Assembly (NCBI RefSeq): GCF_018350175.1
Contig: NC_058368.1
Span: 146,384,001 to 146,448,000, forward strand
Direction of reading: 5' to 3'
From: Felis catus
Lineage: Eukaryota
DNA: 64,000 nt
The notes under the pieces were generated by a model. It worked only from the letters and a program-made list of their open reading frames with translations. It had not been told where the DNA came from and searched no databases. Shown in pieces: positions 53,128 through 64,000 of this stretch; positions within the stretch are counted from its first letter, which is position 1; each line of letters starts with the position of its first letter. The position numbers and the translations under genes were made by a program.

Positions 53128-53249
53128 ATCCATTTATTTTTCAGTAATACCATGATGCTCTATATTTGCAGATCTCTTCTGTACTTTATTTGCAAAACAA
53201 GGCTCCTACCATTTATGATGTAGCCTGCTATTTTTAAATTTAACTATAA

Positions 53250-53900
53250 ACATTTTCCTCTTTAGTAAATACATTGCTTCCACATCATTTTATATTTCTA
53301 GTATTCCATTGCATAAATGTACCATAATTTCTTTAACCAATTCCCATACTGTACATTTAGGCCTTATCCACATTTGTGTTATTACAAAAAGTTCCATATA
53401 TACTTGTACATAAATTTGCACATAGGACTGATTATTATTTTAGAGTGAGTTCCCAAAAGTGAAGTTACTAGGTCAGAGGGCATATGTACTTGTTAGTCCT
53501 TTTGTTATGTTTTGCCAGAATTCCTCCAGAAGGAAGGAAAAAGCCTCAGAAGGCTTTAACAGTCTGTACCCTCACAAGCAGTGTTTGCCTTTTGTTCTCC
53601 AGTTCATTTTGATCATTGCCAGATCATTTTAATTATTTAATCAATGATGACTACCTCATTGCTTAATTTTTGTATTTAACCGTTAGAGAAGTCTGGAGTT
53701 TTTCTGGTATTTACCAATTATTCACATTTTATCTTTTGTCTACTGTGTGTTCGTAACCTAAGCAGATTTTCAGTGGAGGTCTTTGTCTCCTATTGTTTTA
53801 TGAGAACTTCTTATATCTAAATATATTAATCTTTGTTTTTCCCAGCCAATCATTTGCCCTTTAATTTTTGTTAATGACATTTGTATTTGCATAAGTTATT
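53250..53900 (-). mobile_element. Old L1ME-like fragment
   Basis: 'tattccattgcataaatgtaccataatttcttaacc...aaaagtgaagttactaggtcagaggg'. Confidence 0.6.
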
Positions 53901-53919
53901 AGATCAATCCATACATAAT

Positions 53920-54330
53920 AATGATAATATTTAATATTAATTGAATATTTATGATTTCCTAGGTCCTGTACTAAATTCTTCATATGCATTATCTCATTTA
54001 ACTATGCCCATTTCATAGATCAGGAAGCTCAGACCTAGAGAGATTAGATAACTTGCCCCAAAAATTTGATTTTGAATCTAGAATCATCTTATTCCAAAGA
54101 AAATTCCTTTAAGCTACTTTATTTTCCTGCTCAAAAATAATAACTAATATGTATCTGATTACTATATACCAGGTGATGAGTTAAATACTTAAATTCCACC
54201 AACTTAATTCTCACAACAACTCTGAATTAGGGCTCTATTTATAACCGTATTTATGAAAAGTTAAATTAAGATGAGTTTCAGTGAGATTTAACTGCTTGTT
54301 CAAAATTTCTACAATAACATAGTAGAAATA
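53920..54330 (-). mobile_element. Two adjacent MIR fragments
   Basis: 'catttcatagatcaggaagctcagacctagagagattagataacttgccc' plus a second degenerate copy. Confidence 0.65.
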
Positions 54331-57116
54331 AAACTAAGCTCCGTGAGGGCAAAGATTGGGTTAATAAGACCTCCTGCTTGCCTTTCAATATGAATATCAA
54401 GGTCACATGAGATCATGTTTATGAAAATACTGTCTAGGTTGGATACTCTAGGAATATGATGCACCATTATTTTTAAAGCACTATTATCCCTGGGTTTTCA
54501 GCTAAATCTTGGAAATCTATTCCTGGCAAGGAAACTGTGTTTATGCACTTTTCAAACCTGGAGTGTTTGCTTTTCTCGTAACTCTTATGGAATTGAGGAT
54601 TACCCATAACTCTCTATGTGTTAGCCTAGCAAATTTTCCTCCTTCATTTGGCAATCAAGAAGATAATGTTGGAGGAAAATAATACAATTGGAAGACCATG
54701 TTCCATGTTTTAAAAACACTTTGATTAATTTCAGATGCATATATATGCATTTGTATTCTATCTTATATTATTAATCATTTAAGATTTAATTTTCCACTTA
54801 CTCAAGTTATTTACTTATTTTTTGTTACTGTTTGATCATTTCCATCTGCCAATTAAAATATGGTAGTTGGCCATGTTACTTTTTCAGAAAGGATCTGCTT
54901 TCATGTTTGTATCTTAACTCTTAACAATTCCTAAGAACTTATTGCTGTTTTTTCTAGTATAAACCTCAGTGTATTTGAAATTTGTGTGTGTGTGTATGTG
55001 TGTGTGTTTGATTTTTCTTGCGAATATAATTCATCAGATTCAAATTTCTAGTTCTTGAAGAATTTTTGTAAATGAACTTTAAAAGTTCCTTAGTGTCAAA
55101 TTAGAGACATAAACTGAATGTGCGATTGCTATATATTTACTTTGGTCATTGTGAGCAAACCTCATTTTTTTTATACAAGTTTTAATTTTATCATAATGTT
55201 TATCTTAGTTGCAAAAGTAAACACAGTGGTGGTTTTAAAGCAAGATAGGTTTTTATTAGCTTCACTCTGTGTTTACCTAACTGTTCAGGCTGCGGCTCTC
55301 ACTTTCCTTGCCGCATGTTTTGATTAATGACCCTCTGGACTTGTTCCAGAATATACTGATTATGGTCAGTGCACTTCAAACATGATTTATTAATTGTGTT
55401 TGCAGCTCAAAATAATTATGTAAAGATTGATCATAGGTATTATTATAGGTTTGCCAATAAAATCAGCAGTTATATTTTAAGATAAAGTTTCCCTGAGTGG
55501 ATTTTTGTAACTGTACAGAAAGGACAAAATAATAATATTAAAAATATATATATTCAGTATTAACCATGGCCTTATGCCCTTTTAAAGCATATCGATTAAA
55601 TGTATCAGAGATTTAGTCTTCTAAGTGCATGTATTTTGAGTTCTGTTTTAACGTAATTTCAAAATAATATGTTTCATTGGAGATTACATAGATGTTTATA
55701 TAAAGTATTTCCTTGTTTATAACTAGCCCTGGGAACAACCTTTCCTACTATTCCCTTTGGCTATTATATGCATTTAGACTTCAAATTACTGACAGACTTG
55801 AGTTTCTGTTTAAAATGATTTTTAATTGGAAGTTGTTATAATCTTTCTGTGTTTTAGGTAAAGGGAATTTATCATATACTTCATATATATTATGCTTACA
55901 TTCGAAAGACTTTTTTACATCGAATTTCTCTAAATTTGGCATGAACATAGTTATTGTTTCAGGCATTTTAAGTGCTCTATCAACATGGAATAATGTGTAA
56001 ATATTCATTATACTGGTCAGAGGAGTTATTAATCAAAAGAATTGACTCCCTGTTCATAATTTATTGTTCAATATTGAAAGAAAAATAGGTACATGTATTC
56101 TTTATTATTTGGTGTACCATATTCAAAATATATACACTTTAACAGTGAAATTCTATAACTTAAATCATTTACTATGATATGTAACTAAATGTTAAAAAGG
56201 TATTTGGCTTGTATTAAAACATCATGAAATGATATAAAATGTTTCATCACAATAGAACTGAACGTTTCACGTTCTAAGCTTATCTGAAACTACAAGCTAA
56301 TTATGTCAAAACAAGAAGATGTAAACTCTGCAAGTAACTGAGATGATAGCAAATGGAAGAAGAAAATAAAATATGAGGATAAAGAACAACAAACAAAAAC
56401 TGAAATAAAGGAATTAAAAATATATCATAGTTCATAAATATTATTCAGGGATTTTGCTTGTTATTGGTAAATCATTACTAAAGGACAAAGAGCACCGAAA
56501 TGCTTTGTTTAAACATCATTGTTAAAAATATTTTTAGTAAAATTTTAGGACATATACTTTGTTTAGTTAAAAATCTTATAATAATTTCATTTCTAAACAG
56601 TTCCTAAAAAATAATAATTTCTCTAGAGCAAATTTACATGTTATTTTTTTAAATATTATTTTTATAATAAATGAGGATAAATTATGTGTATTGAATAAGG
56701 CCGTGTTATCATTACCAGCATTATTGAGTGCTTTATCCTGCACGTACCACTTCTAGAAATTCAGAATAAAGAGGCTGGTGCAGGCTATGTCTGCAAAAAT
56801 CTTTGTATATGATATAAAACAATGAAGGAAGATTAATCAGTAGCACACATTTATCTTTTGTGACAAACTGTCTTTAATATGTATATTACTAAAATGTGCC
56901 AAATTCCATAATAGATACAAGAATTATGAAATTTCAGGGACAGTTGATAATCACATCTGCAGGCTGTAAAATAGGGAGATGTGATAAAGTCAGAGAAGAC
57001 AGACTAGAAGGTATTGCTCAGTTTGGCTTTGTAGAGGAATGGATATTTCTAGAGAGATAAACTGAAGAAAGATATTGCCGAGATGAATATTGAAGTCAGC
57101 CTCCTCATTCCTATTC

Positions 57117-57119
<3 letters not shown>

Positions 57120-57147
<28 letters not shown>

Positions 57148-57288
57148 ATACACACACGCATACACATATACGCGTATATATACGTATACATATATATACG
57201 CGTATATGTATATATGTGTGTATTTACACACACACATATACACACACATATACACACAGACATATATGTATATATATACATATATATA
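57120..57288. repeat. Compound (TG)n/(TA)n/(CA)n purine-pyrimidine repeat
   Basis: Read directly; abuts an L1 tail. Confidence 0.95.
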
Positions 57289-57289
57289 A

Positions 57290-58818
57290 ATATTTTTTTA
57301 ATTTAAATTTTAGTTAGCATACAGTACAATATTAGTTTCAGGAGTAGAATTCAGTGATTTATCACTTACATAAAACACCCAGTGCTCATCACAACATCTG
57401 CCCTCCTTAATACCCATCATGAATCTAGTGCATCTCCCACCCACCTCCCTCCATTAACCCTCAGTTTGTTCTCTATCGTTAAGAGTCTCTTGTAGCTTGT
57501 TTCCCTCCCTCCACTTTCCATAAGTTCACCTGTTTTGTTTCTTAAATACTCCACATATAAGTGAAATTATATGGTATTAGTGTTTCTCTGGCTTATTTTG
57601 TTTAGCATACTTTCTAGCTCCATCCACATCATTGCAAATGGCAAGATTTCTTCCTTCTGATGGCTGAATAATATTCCATTGTGTATATATATTACATCTT
57701 CTTCATCCATTCATCAGTCGATGGACATTGGGGGGTGCCTCTCCATAGTTTGGCTATTGTTGATAATGTTGCTCATACCCTTCAAATCTGTGTTTTTGTA
57801 TCCTTTGGGTAAATACCTAATAGTGCAATCTGGGTCATAGGATAGTTTTAGTTTTAGTTTCTTGAGGACACTCCATCGTGTTCTCAAGAATGGCTGCACC
57901 AGTTTGCATTCCCACCAATAGTACAAGGTGGTTCCCCTTTCCCCTGCATCCTTGTTAACACCTTTTGTTTTTTGTGGTGTTAATTTTGGCCATTCTGACA
58001 GGCATGAGATGATATCTGATTGTCATTTTAATTTGTATTTCCCTTATGATGAGTGATGTTGAGCATCTTTTCATATGTCTGTTAGCCATCTGGATGTCTT
58101 CTTTTGAAAAGTGTCATCTTCATGTCTTTTGCCCATTTCCTCACTGAATTATTTGTTTTTTGAGTGTTGAGTTTGATAAGTTCTTTATAGATTTTGGATA
58201 CAACCCTTTACCATATATGTCTTTTGAAAATATCTTCTTCCATTATGCTAGTTGTTTTTTAGTTTTGTGGATTGTTTCTTTCTCTCTGCAGAAGCTTTTT
58301 ATCTTGATGAGGTCCCAGTAGTTCATTTTAGCTTTGATTTATCTTGCCTCAGGAGACATGTATAGTAAGAAGTTGCTCTAGCCTAGGTCATAGAGATTTC
58401 TGCCTGTTTTTTCCTCTAGGATTTTGATGGTTCTGTCTTACATTTAAGTCTTTCATCCGTTTTGAATTTATTTTTGTGTATGGTGTAAGAAAGTGGTCCA
58501 GGTTCATTCTTCTGCATGTCACTGTCCAATTTTCCCAATACCGTTTGCTGAAGAGACTTTCTTTCGTCCATTGGATATTCTTTCCTGCTTTGTTGAAGAT
58601 CAGTTGGCCAACAGTTTGTGGGTCCATTTCTGGGTTCTTTATTCTGTTTCATTGATCTATGTGCCTGTTTTAGTGCTAGTACCATACTGTCTTGATGATT
58701 ACAGCTTTGTTGAAGTCCAGAATTGTGATGCCTCCACCATTTGTTGAAGAGATTATCTTTTTTCCATTAGATATTCTTTCCTGCTTTGTCAAAGATTAGT
58801 TGACTGTATAGTTGTGGG
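57290..58818 (-). mobile_element. 5'-truncated carnivore L1 (3' UTR plus ORF2 C-terminal part) with an extra repeated segment at its 5' end
   Basis: ORF2 peptides ([21 protein letters not shown]); homologous to 32300-33500. Confidence 0.93.
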
Positions 58819-58839
58819 ACTCCCTTTCTTTTGTTTTTT

Positions 58840-59292
58840 TAGTAATAGAACCCTCTTCCAACATCCTGTGTATCCATAAGTTTTAACAAAGCACGTGGCT
58901 GCCAAACTAGAGGCGACATTTCTCAACTTCATTGGCAGCGAAGTACGGCCATGTGACAAAGTCCTTGACAATGGGATGTGAATGGAGATAATATGTGCAA
59001 TTTGGGGATCTTGCCCTTAAAATGAATGGGTATACATTCTTCCATTTCTTCCTTCTCAGTTCATCTTCTGCCTAGCATGTTAGGAGGATATTCTAGGAGA
59101 TGGCAGGGAAATAAGAAAGGAAGAATCATAGCCCCTGGACATTCTCGTGGAGCAGAGCAGCATATCTGCTGAGGAATACCCAACCTACCTATAGACTATT
59201 CTGTGAGAGAAAAATAAATGTGTAGCTTGATTGAGTTATGGTGCTTTTTGCATCCCTTTGTTACAGAAACTTGAGATATCCCCTAACTAAAA
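58840..59292 (+). mobile_element. MLT1 (J-like) LTR
   Basis: 'ggccatgtgacaaagtccttgacaatgggatgtga...gtggagcagagc...tgtgagagaaaaataaa...tttgttacagaa'. Confidence 0.7.
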
Positions 59293-61844
59293 AGAAGGGT
59301 GTTACTGTCAGAGGAATAGAATGCAATAAACTAAATACATGGAGGGAGAGTCTGGAACATAGGGGACCAGTGACCATATAATGAGGTGCATAGACATGTG
59401 AATAAAGCTGGCAAATTAGATGGATCTCAGATCACAAAGGAACTTTAATGCTAAGCTGATTTATTTGGATTTCTTTTATGAATGCAACTGGGAACTGTTA
59501 AAGGTTTTGAGGCAAAGAATGGCATAAGGAATAGTGCTTTACAGAAATTTCCCTGGAAATCATATATTTGATGGAGGGAATGTTTATAGATCAGCAGTGA
59601 AGATAGGAGGATATTACAGTAGTTCAGGAAGAGTTAGTCTGAAGAAGGATAGTGATTTTAAGTGTGAGTGTGATTGGAAAGGAAAGGAAGAGATGAATTG
59701 AGAAACGCTTAAGATTGCTGTCTTCTTATTACCAAAGACCTTGGAAGCCTCATCAGTATTGAAAGCTATTTGTTAGACTTGGTCTTTATCAGAGTAAGTC
59801 ATTTTTCTTACTTCAGAAATCAACCTACCCCAAAAGCTGGATAATCAGAACTTGGTGGTCTTGGCATTGACTTCTGGAAAGGCTGGAAAAATTTCCTTTT
59901 CCAGATTGGCATATTTATATACTCAAGTATATAGGTATATACTACATTAATTTTATACTATTTTACTTCTTCATTTATTTGATATTTTAAACTTAAGCGT
60001 ATCGGTAAGTATGTTAATCGGTAAGCTATCTTCAAATCATACTTTAAGAAACATTGTCACTGTGGAAGGTGTGCTATAGTCTCCAAAAATGTTTCTTGAT
60101 GAAGGGGTTCTTGTTAGCTCCAACCACAGGAAATATTCCGTCTGGACATGTATCATGTATTTTCATTTCAATCTGAAGCTAATGGGTTTCTCTTGCTTAG
60201 AGAGATATGACATTCTACTTATGGACTACGGAAAAAAATAACTTTTTGCTTTATAGTCCTTTATGGATATAGTACTGATTTTATAAAGTGTTTTGACTTG
60301 GGCCAACATGTATGACATTCTAGAAATTTCCAGGCTGTAAGGGTTAATACAGGAGTTGTATTCATGAGTGAATTTTACAAACCAATGAAGTTAAGAGATA
60401 ATGTTATAAAACTAAATAGGCCTATATATCCCTATTTCAAGGAAACCATGAAAATAATATTTATTTACTGAGGTTTATTTTTGGCAATAAATGGTGCCAC
60501 ATAAGGCCTAAAAACTGGTAAAGAAAACATTTCATTTGTGCTTAACTGCTATATGTTTAAGTAAGACAAATGAAGATCTCAGTATTCTTACTAAGTAATA
60601 AGATCGTGTATTGTATTTTTATTTTGTCCACTTGTTTCAGGTAATTAATTTATTAGTATTATAATGGAATTTATTGATTATCTAATAAAAAATATACGGC
60701 CACATAACCTTTACATGAATGTTTTGTGGGACAAAAGGCTTACTGTGTCAGTGAAAGCCCATTTCACCTGGTAATGTCCATGGTAAAGGCCCTAGATCTG
60801 CCTTCTTTGTCGAATCAGATAAATCTTCTACACGAAAGTCACTCATGTAGAGTGGAGTCATGTTATAAGTGCATACAACATATACATATTCAATGTACAC
60901 TCTCTTTCCTCTCCTTTGACCATAAAGAGGGGCAGGGGAGAGACATAGGAGAAAGAACATTTTAAATAGTTCTGGACATTCTATTCACACATATGCCAGG
61001 AGTGGGTATCAAGTGGGAAACAGATCTCCTTTACCCCTCTCTGTCTGAGTTTCTATGATCCTTATATAAGTGGAATAGCACGTTTAAAAATAAACCTTTT
61101 TCATTAACATGGCCATTAAACACAAGGCACCTACCTTACGTTTTCTACTGCTGGATGGAAAATAAATTGCCATTTATCAGAATCGAAGGAAAACTATAGT
61201 GCTGGACTACTTGAAATTAGTATATCATGCCAGGGTAATATTTTCGTAACGATTTTTCAGGATAATGTAATTTTCACATTATGACTCTTACTATGAGTTT
61301 TAGTTAGAACCCAACCCCTAAATAAAATAGAAACCCATTTAATATGGAGACCATTACATCCTCTGAGTTTTTCTACTGTGATCTACAGAGCCTGAATTTA
61401 TCAATATTCCCTGAATATAACATGCTTTTCATGTGGTTATTCTCTTGGTCGGAGTTGCCTTTCACTGAATACACATGGTTTGCTAGTGTTCCATTGAAGT
61501 TGTTTTCCCAGAGCCTGTTTATAATCTCAGATGTGGTGTGATCTATACAGAGAATGATGGGACACCACACTTGTATTAATGTGAGATGTTCCCCAGCTGT
61601 TACACTTTTCATTCCTGAGGTATCACTATTTTTTTAAGCCTACCTAAAAAGATAAGTACAATGGTCCTTCCTGAGTTTCTCAAACTGTAGTCATACATAG
61701 GCCACCATTTGGATTTTTGTTGTGTCTGTTTCACCACCCATTTCCACAGTGTTTACCCCTTCTTATTAACACTGTGAGTTAATTATCTACTAAATTATGT
61801 TTTAAATTAAATAAGTTTATTGAAAGAAGAAGCCTCACATTCTT

Positions 61845-62047
61845 TTTTTTATGTTTATTTATTTATTTTGAGAGAGAGCAAGTGCGAGTGGGGAAGGGGC
61901 AGAGAGAGGGAGACAGAGAATCCTAAGCAGGCTCCGTGTTGTCAGTGTAGATCCCCATGTGGGGCTCAAACTCGCAAACCATGAGATCATGACCTGACCC
62001 TAAATCAAGAGTTGGACGCTTAACCGACTGAGCCACCCAGGTGCTCC
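61845..62047 (-). mobile_element. Can-SINE
   Basis: Degenerate TSD aagc(ctc/tat)acattctt. Confidence 0.94.
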
Positions 62048-62314
62048 AAAGCTATACATTCTTAAATGGAAAATCAGTCTTACCTGAAGGTGAAGGTAAG
62101 TTTTAATACATTATAAAATTAACAAATGCAATCAACTATTATATTCTTACCTCAAGACTCTGTACCTAAGTATGATTCTCTCTATTAAAAGACACACTGC
62201 CATCTAAAAGACATCCCCTTTAGAGAGAGATCACTAATTTTATAGTTGTAATAGCTGCTGCTACATCATTACTCACCATGTAACCATCTTCTGAGGGCAG
62301 GCCATAGAATAAGG

Positions 62315-62505
62315 AGTTAGATACAGATTTATTTACATCTTAACAGACAGGTGCTGTGTAATTTGGATCAAGTTACTTACCCACTCTGAGCCTCAATTTT
62401 GTTACTTCTAAAATGGGAGCAGTGCTACCCACCTTACTCAAATTAATGAGATGACAAATACAGTGTGCTAAGCACATGGTAAATGTTCAATGTTGGTTAT
62501 TACTG
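62315..62505 (+). mobile_element. MIR SINE
   Basis: 'caagttacttacccactctgagcctcaattttgttacttctaaaatggg'. Confidence 0.75.
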
Positions 62506-62758
62506 TAGTTCTTATTCATCTTAATTTTCCCTTGCATTGTCCAGCTGTTTAAGTTTAATGCAGATTGTCCTCCAAGGCAAGTTATTTACTTATGGTAAAA
62601 TGATATTATCAAAGCATCTAATTTTATTTTATGATTTTTAATAAATTACAATGAAATAATGTTTATCCTCTGAAATTCATATGCTTTTGGCTTGAGAAAC
62701 TTAAGTGAGTGGTGCAGTTTTCAGACGAGGGATAGACTGAAAAAGAAGCAGCTTTGCA

Positions 62759-62965
62759 GGGGCACCTGGGTGGCTGTTCAGTTAAGCATCCCACTGTTGA
62801 TGTTGGCTCAGGTCATGATCTCACAGTTGTGAGACTGAGCACTGTGTCAGGCTCTGTGCTAAGCATGAAGCCTGCTTAAGATTCCCCTTTTCTCTCCCTC
62901 TGCCTCTTCCCCCACTTGCACTCTCTTTAAAAATACATACATACATATGTAAAATTTTTTTTAAA
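62759..62965 (+). mobile_element. Can-SINE
   Basis: ggggcacctgggtggct head; (ATAC)n-type tail; short repeat tttgcag on both sides. Confidence 0.92.
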
Positions 62966-63636
62966 AGTTTGCAGAGAAGAAAATTGAAACATTCTGTTTT
63001 GGCTAGATTATATTTAAAATACTTAACAGACATCAAAGCAGATATATCAAGATATAGGAATCTGGAGTTCCTGGGAGAAGTGAGGTCTAGAGCTAAAGAT
63101 TTGAGAGTCCTAAACATTTGGGATGTACGGTTATGATTTTGTAGTGAGAACAGTCAGTATAGGTAGATGTTTCTCTTCAGTAATTCTTGAGTAGTTCCTA
63201 ATGTGGAGCTTTAAGCAACAAATAGAGTAAAGGTAAAGGAGATACTATTGGTAGTGCCAGAGTTCCATGCTTTGTTCTTTGATAGATTATAACAGCTGTA
63301 GGAAAATAAATTCAGTTCTTTTTTTTTTTGTTATTTTATGGATTCTACATGGATTCTATGGCCAGCTGATTTCTTTCTGGGCTCTCAACTCATCTGAACA
63401 ATTGTAGTATCTGTTCCTGACAACTTTAATATTATATCAATTGGATTTTAAATTATATGTAGTATAGGGGAAAAAGTTCCAAATCACACTTTATACTGAA
63501 CTGTTCTCTTCCTGTATAATGGTTGAATCAGAAGAATTTGTTGGGAACCTTTTAAGTCATAGATTCCAACTTCATAGTCCAGGCAAGTAGAAAAAACAGA
63601 TACATGAAACTATAATAGAGCAATTATTTGGGTGAC

Positions 63637-64000
63637 TGTGATAGTCATTAGTTCTGTTCACCAAATATTTCCAGCTCTCTGCCTCCTGGGCACATGGTAA
63701 AATTGCACTTCAATAGCTATAGTTGAGTGAGGCCCTGAGACTAGGTCTTACCAGCAAGTTTTGATTAAAAGTGTCATGTGTAATTTCCGAGCCAGAGCGC
63801 TTTCTTTCCTTCTGCCATAATGATTGGCAGTGTTGGTAGCTGCCCTGTCATCCTAGGTCTTGGAATGAGGACAGCACAGAATGGAGCCCCTAGGCCACTC
63901 CTGATGGACATATGAGAAATGTTGAATGAGACAGAACTGCATGAATGAGAAATTAAAGCTTTGTTGTTTTATGTCACTGAGATGTTGGGGTACTTGCTAC
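63637..64000 (+). mobile_element. MLT1 (H/I-like) LTR running to the window end
   Basis: 'ttcaccaaatatttccagctctctgcctcctgggcacatggtaaaattgcacttc...gctttgttgttttatgtcactgagatgttgggg'. Confidence 0.75.

Overview
This is AT-rich mammalian genomic DNA from a carnivore, almost certainly a felid: it carries young SINEC_Fc-type Can-SINEs and L1_Fc-type 3' ends. The window lies inside the XRCC4 gene (NHEJ DNA repair) on the + strand. Two coding exons are visible, 630..736 (107 bp, [35 protein letters not shown]) and 41626..41770 (145 bp, [48 protein letters not shown]). Both have canonical AG/GT sites and compatible phases, and they are separated by a 40.9-kb intron. They correspond to human exons 6 and 7 as I recall the numbering; the last exon lies beyond the window. 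The rest is intron filled with about 24 Can-SINEs (many with target-site duplications, TSDs), L1 fragments including a 2.6-kb L1 nested in a SINE tail, L2/MIR, MLT1 LTRs, hAT and mariner MITEs, and microsatellites. I found no support for a new multi-gene biological system. The best leads are: possible alternative XRCC4 processing (an internal exon-7 donor, intron read-through into a SINE poly(A) signal, inverted SINEs around exon 7); a motif-dense candidate enhancer at about 55.2-55.5 kb; and several unusual retrotransposition or deletion scars. Repeat family names and human comparisons come from recall, not database searches, and boundaries of old repeats are approximate.
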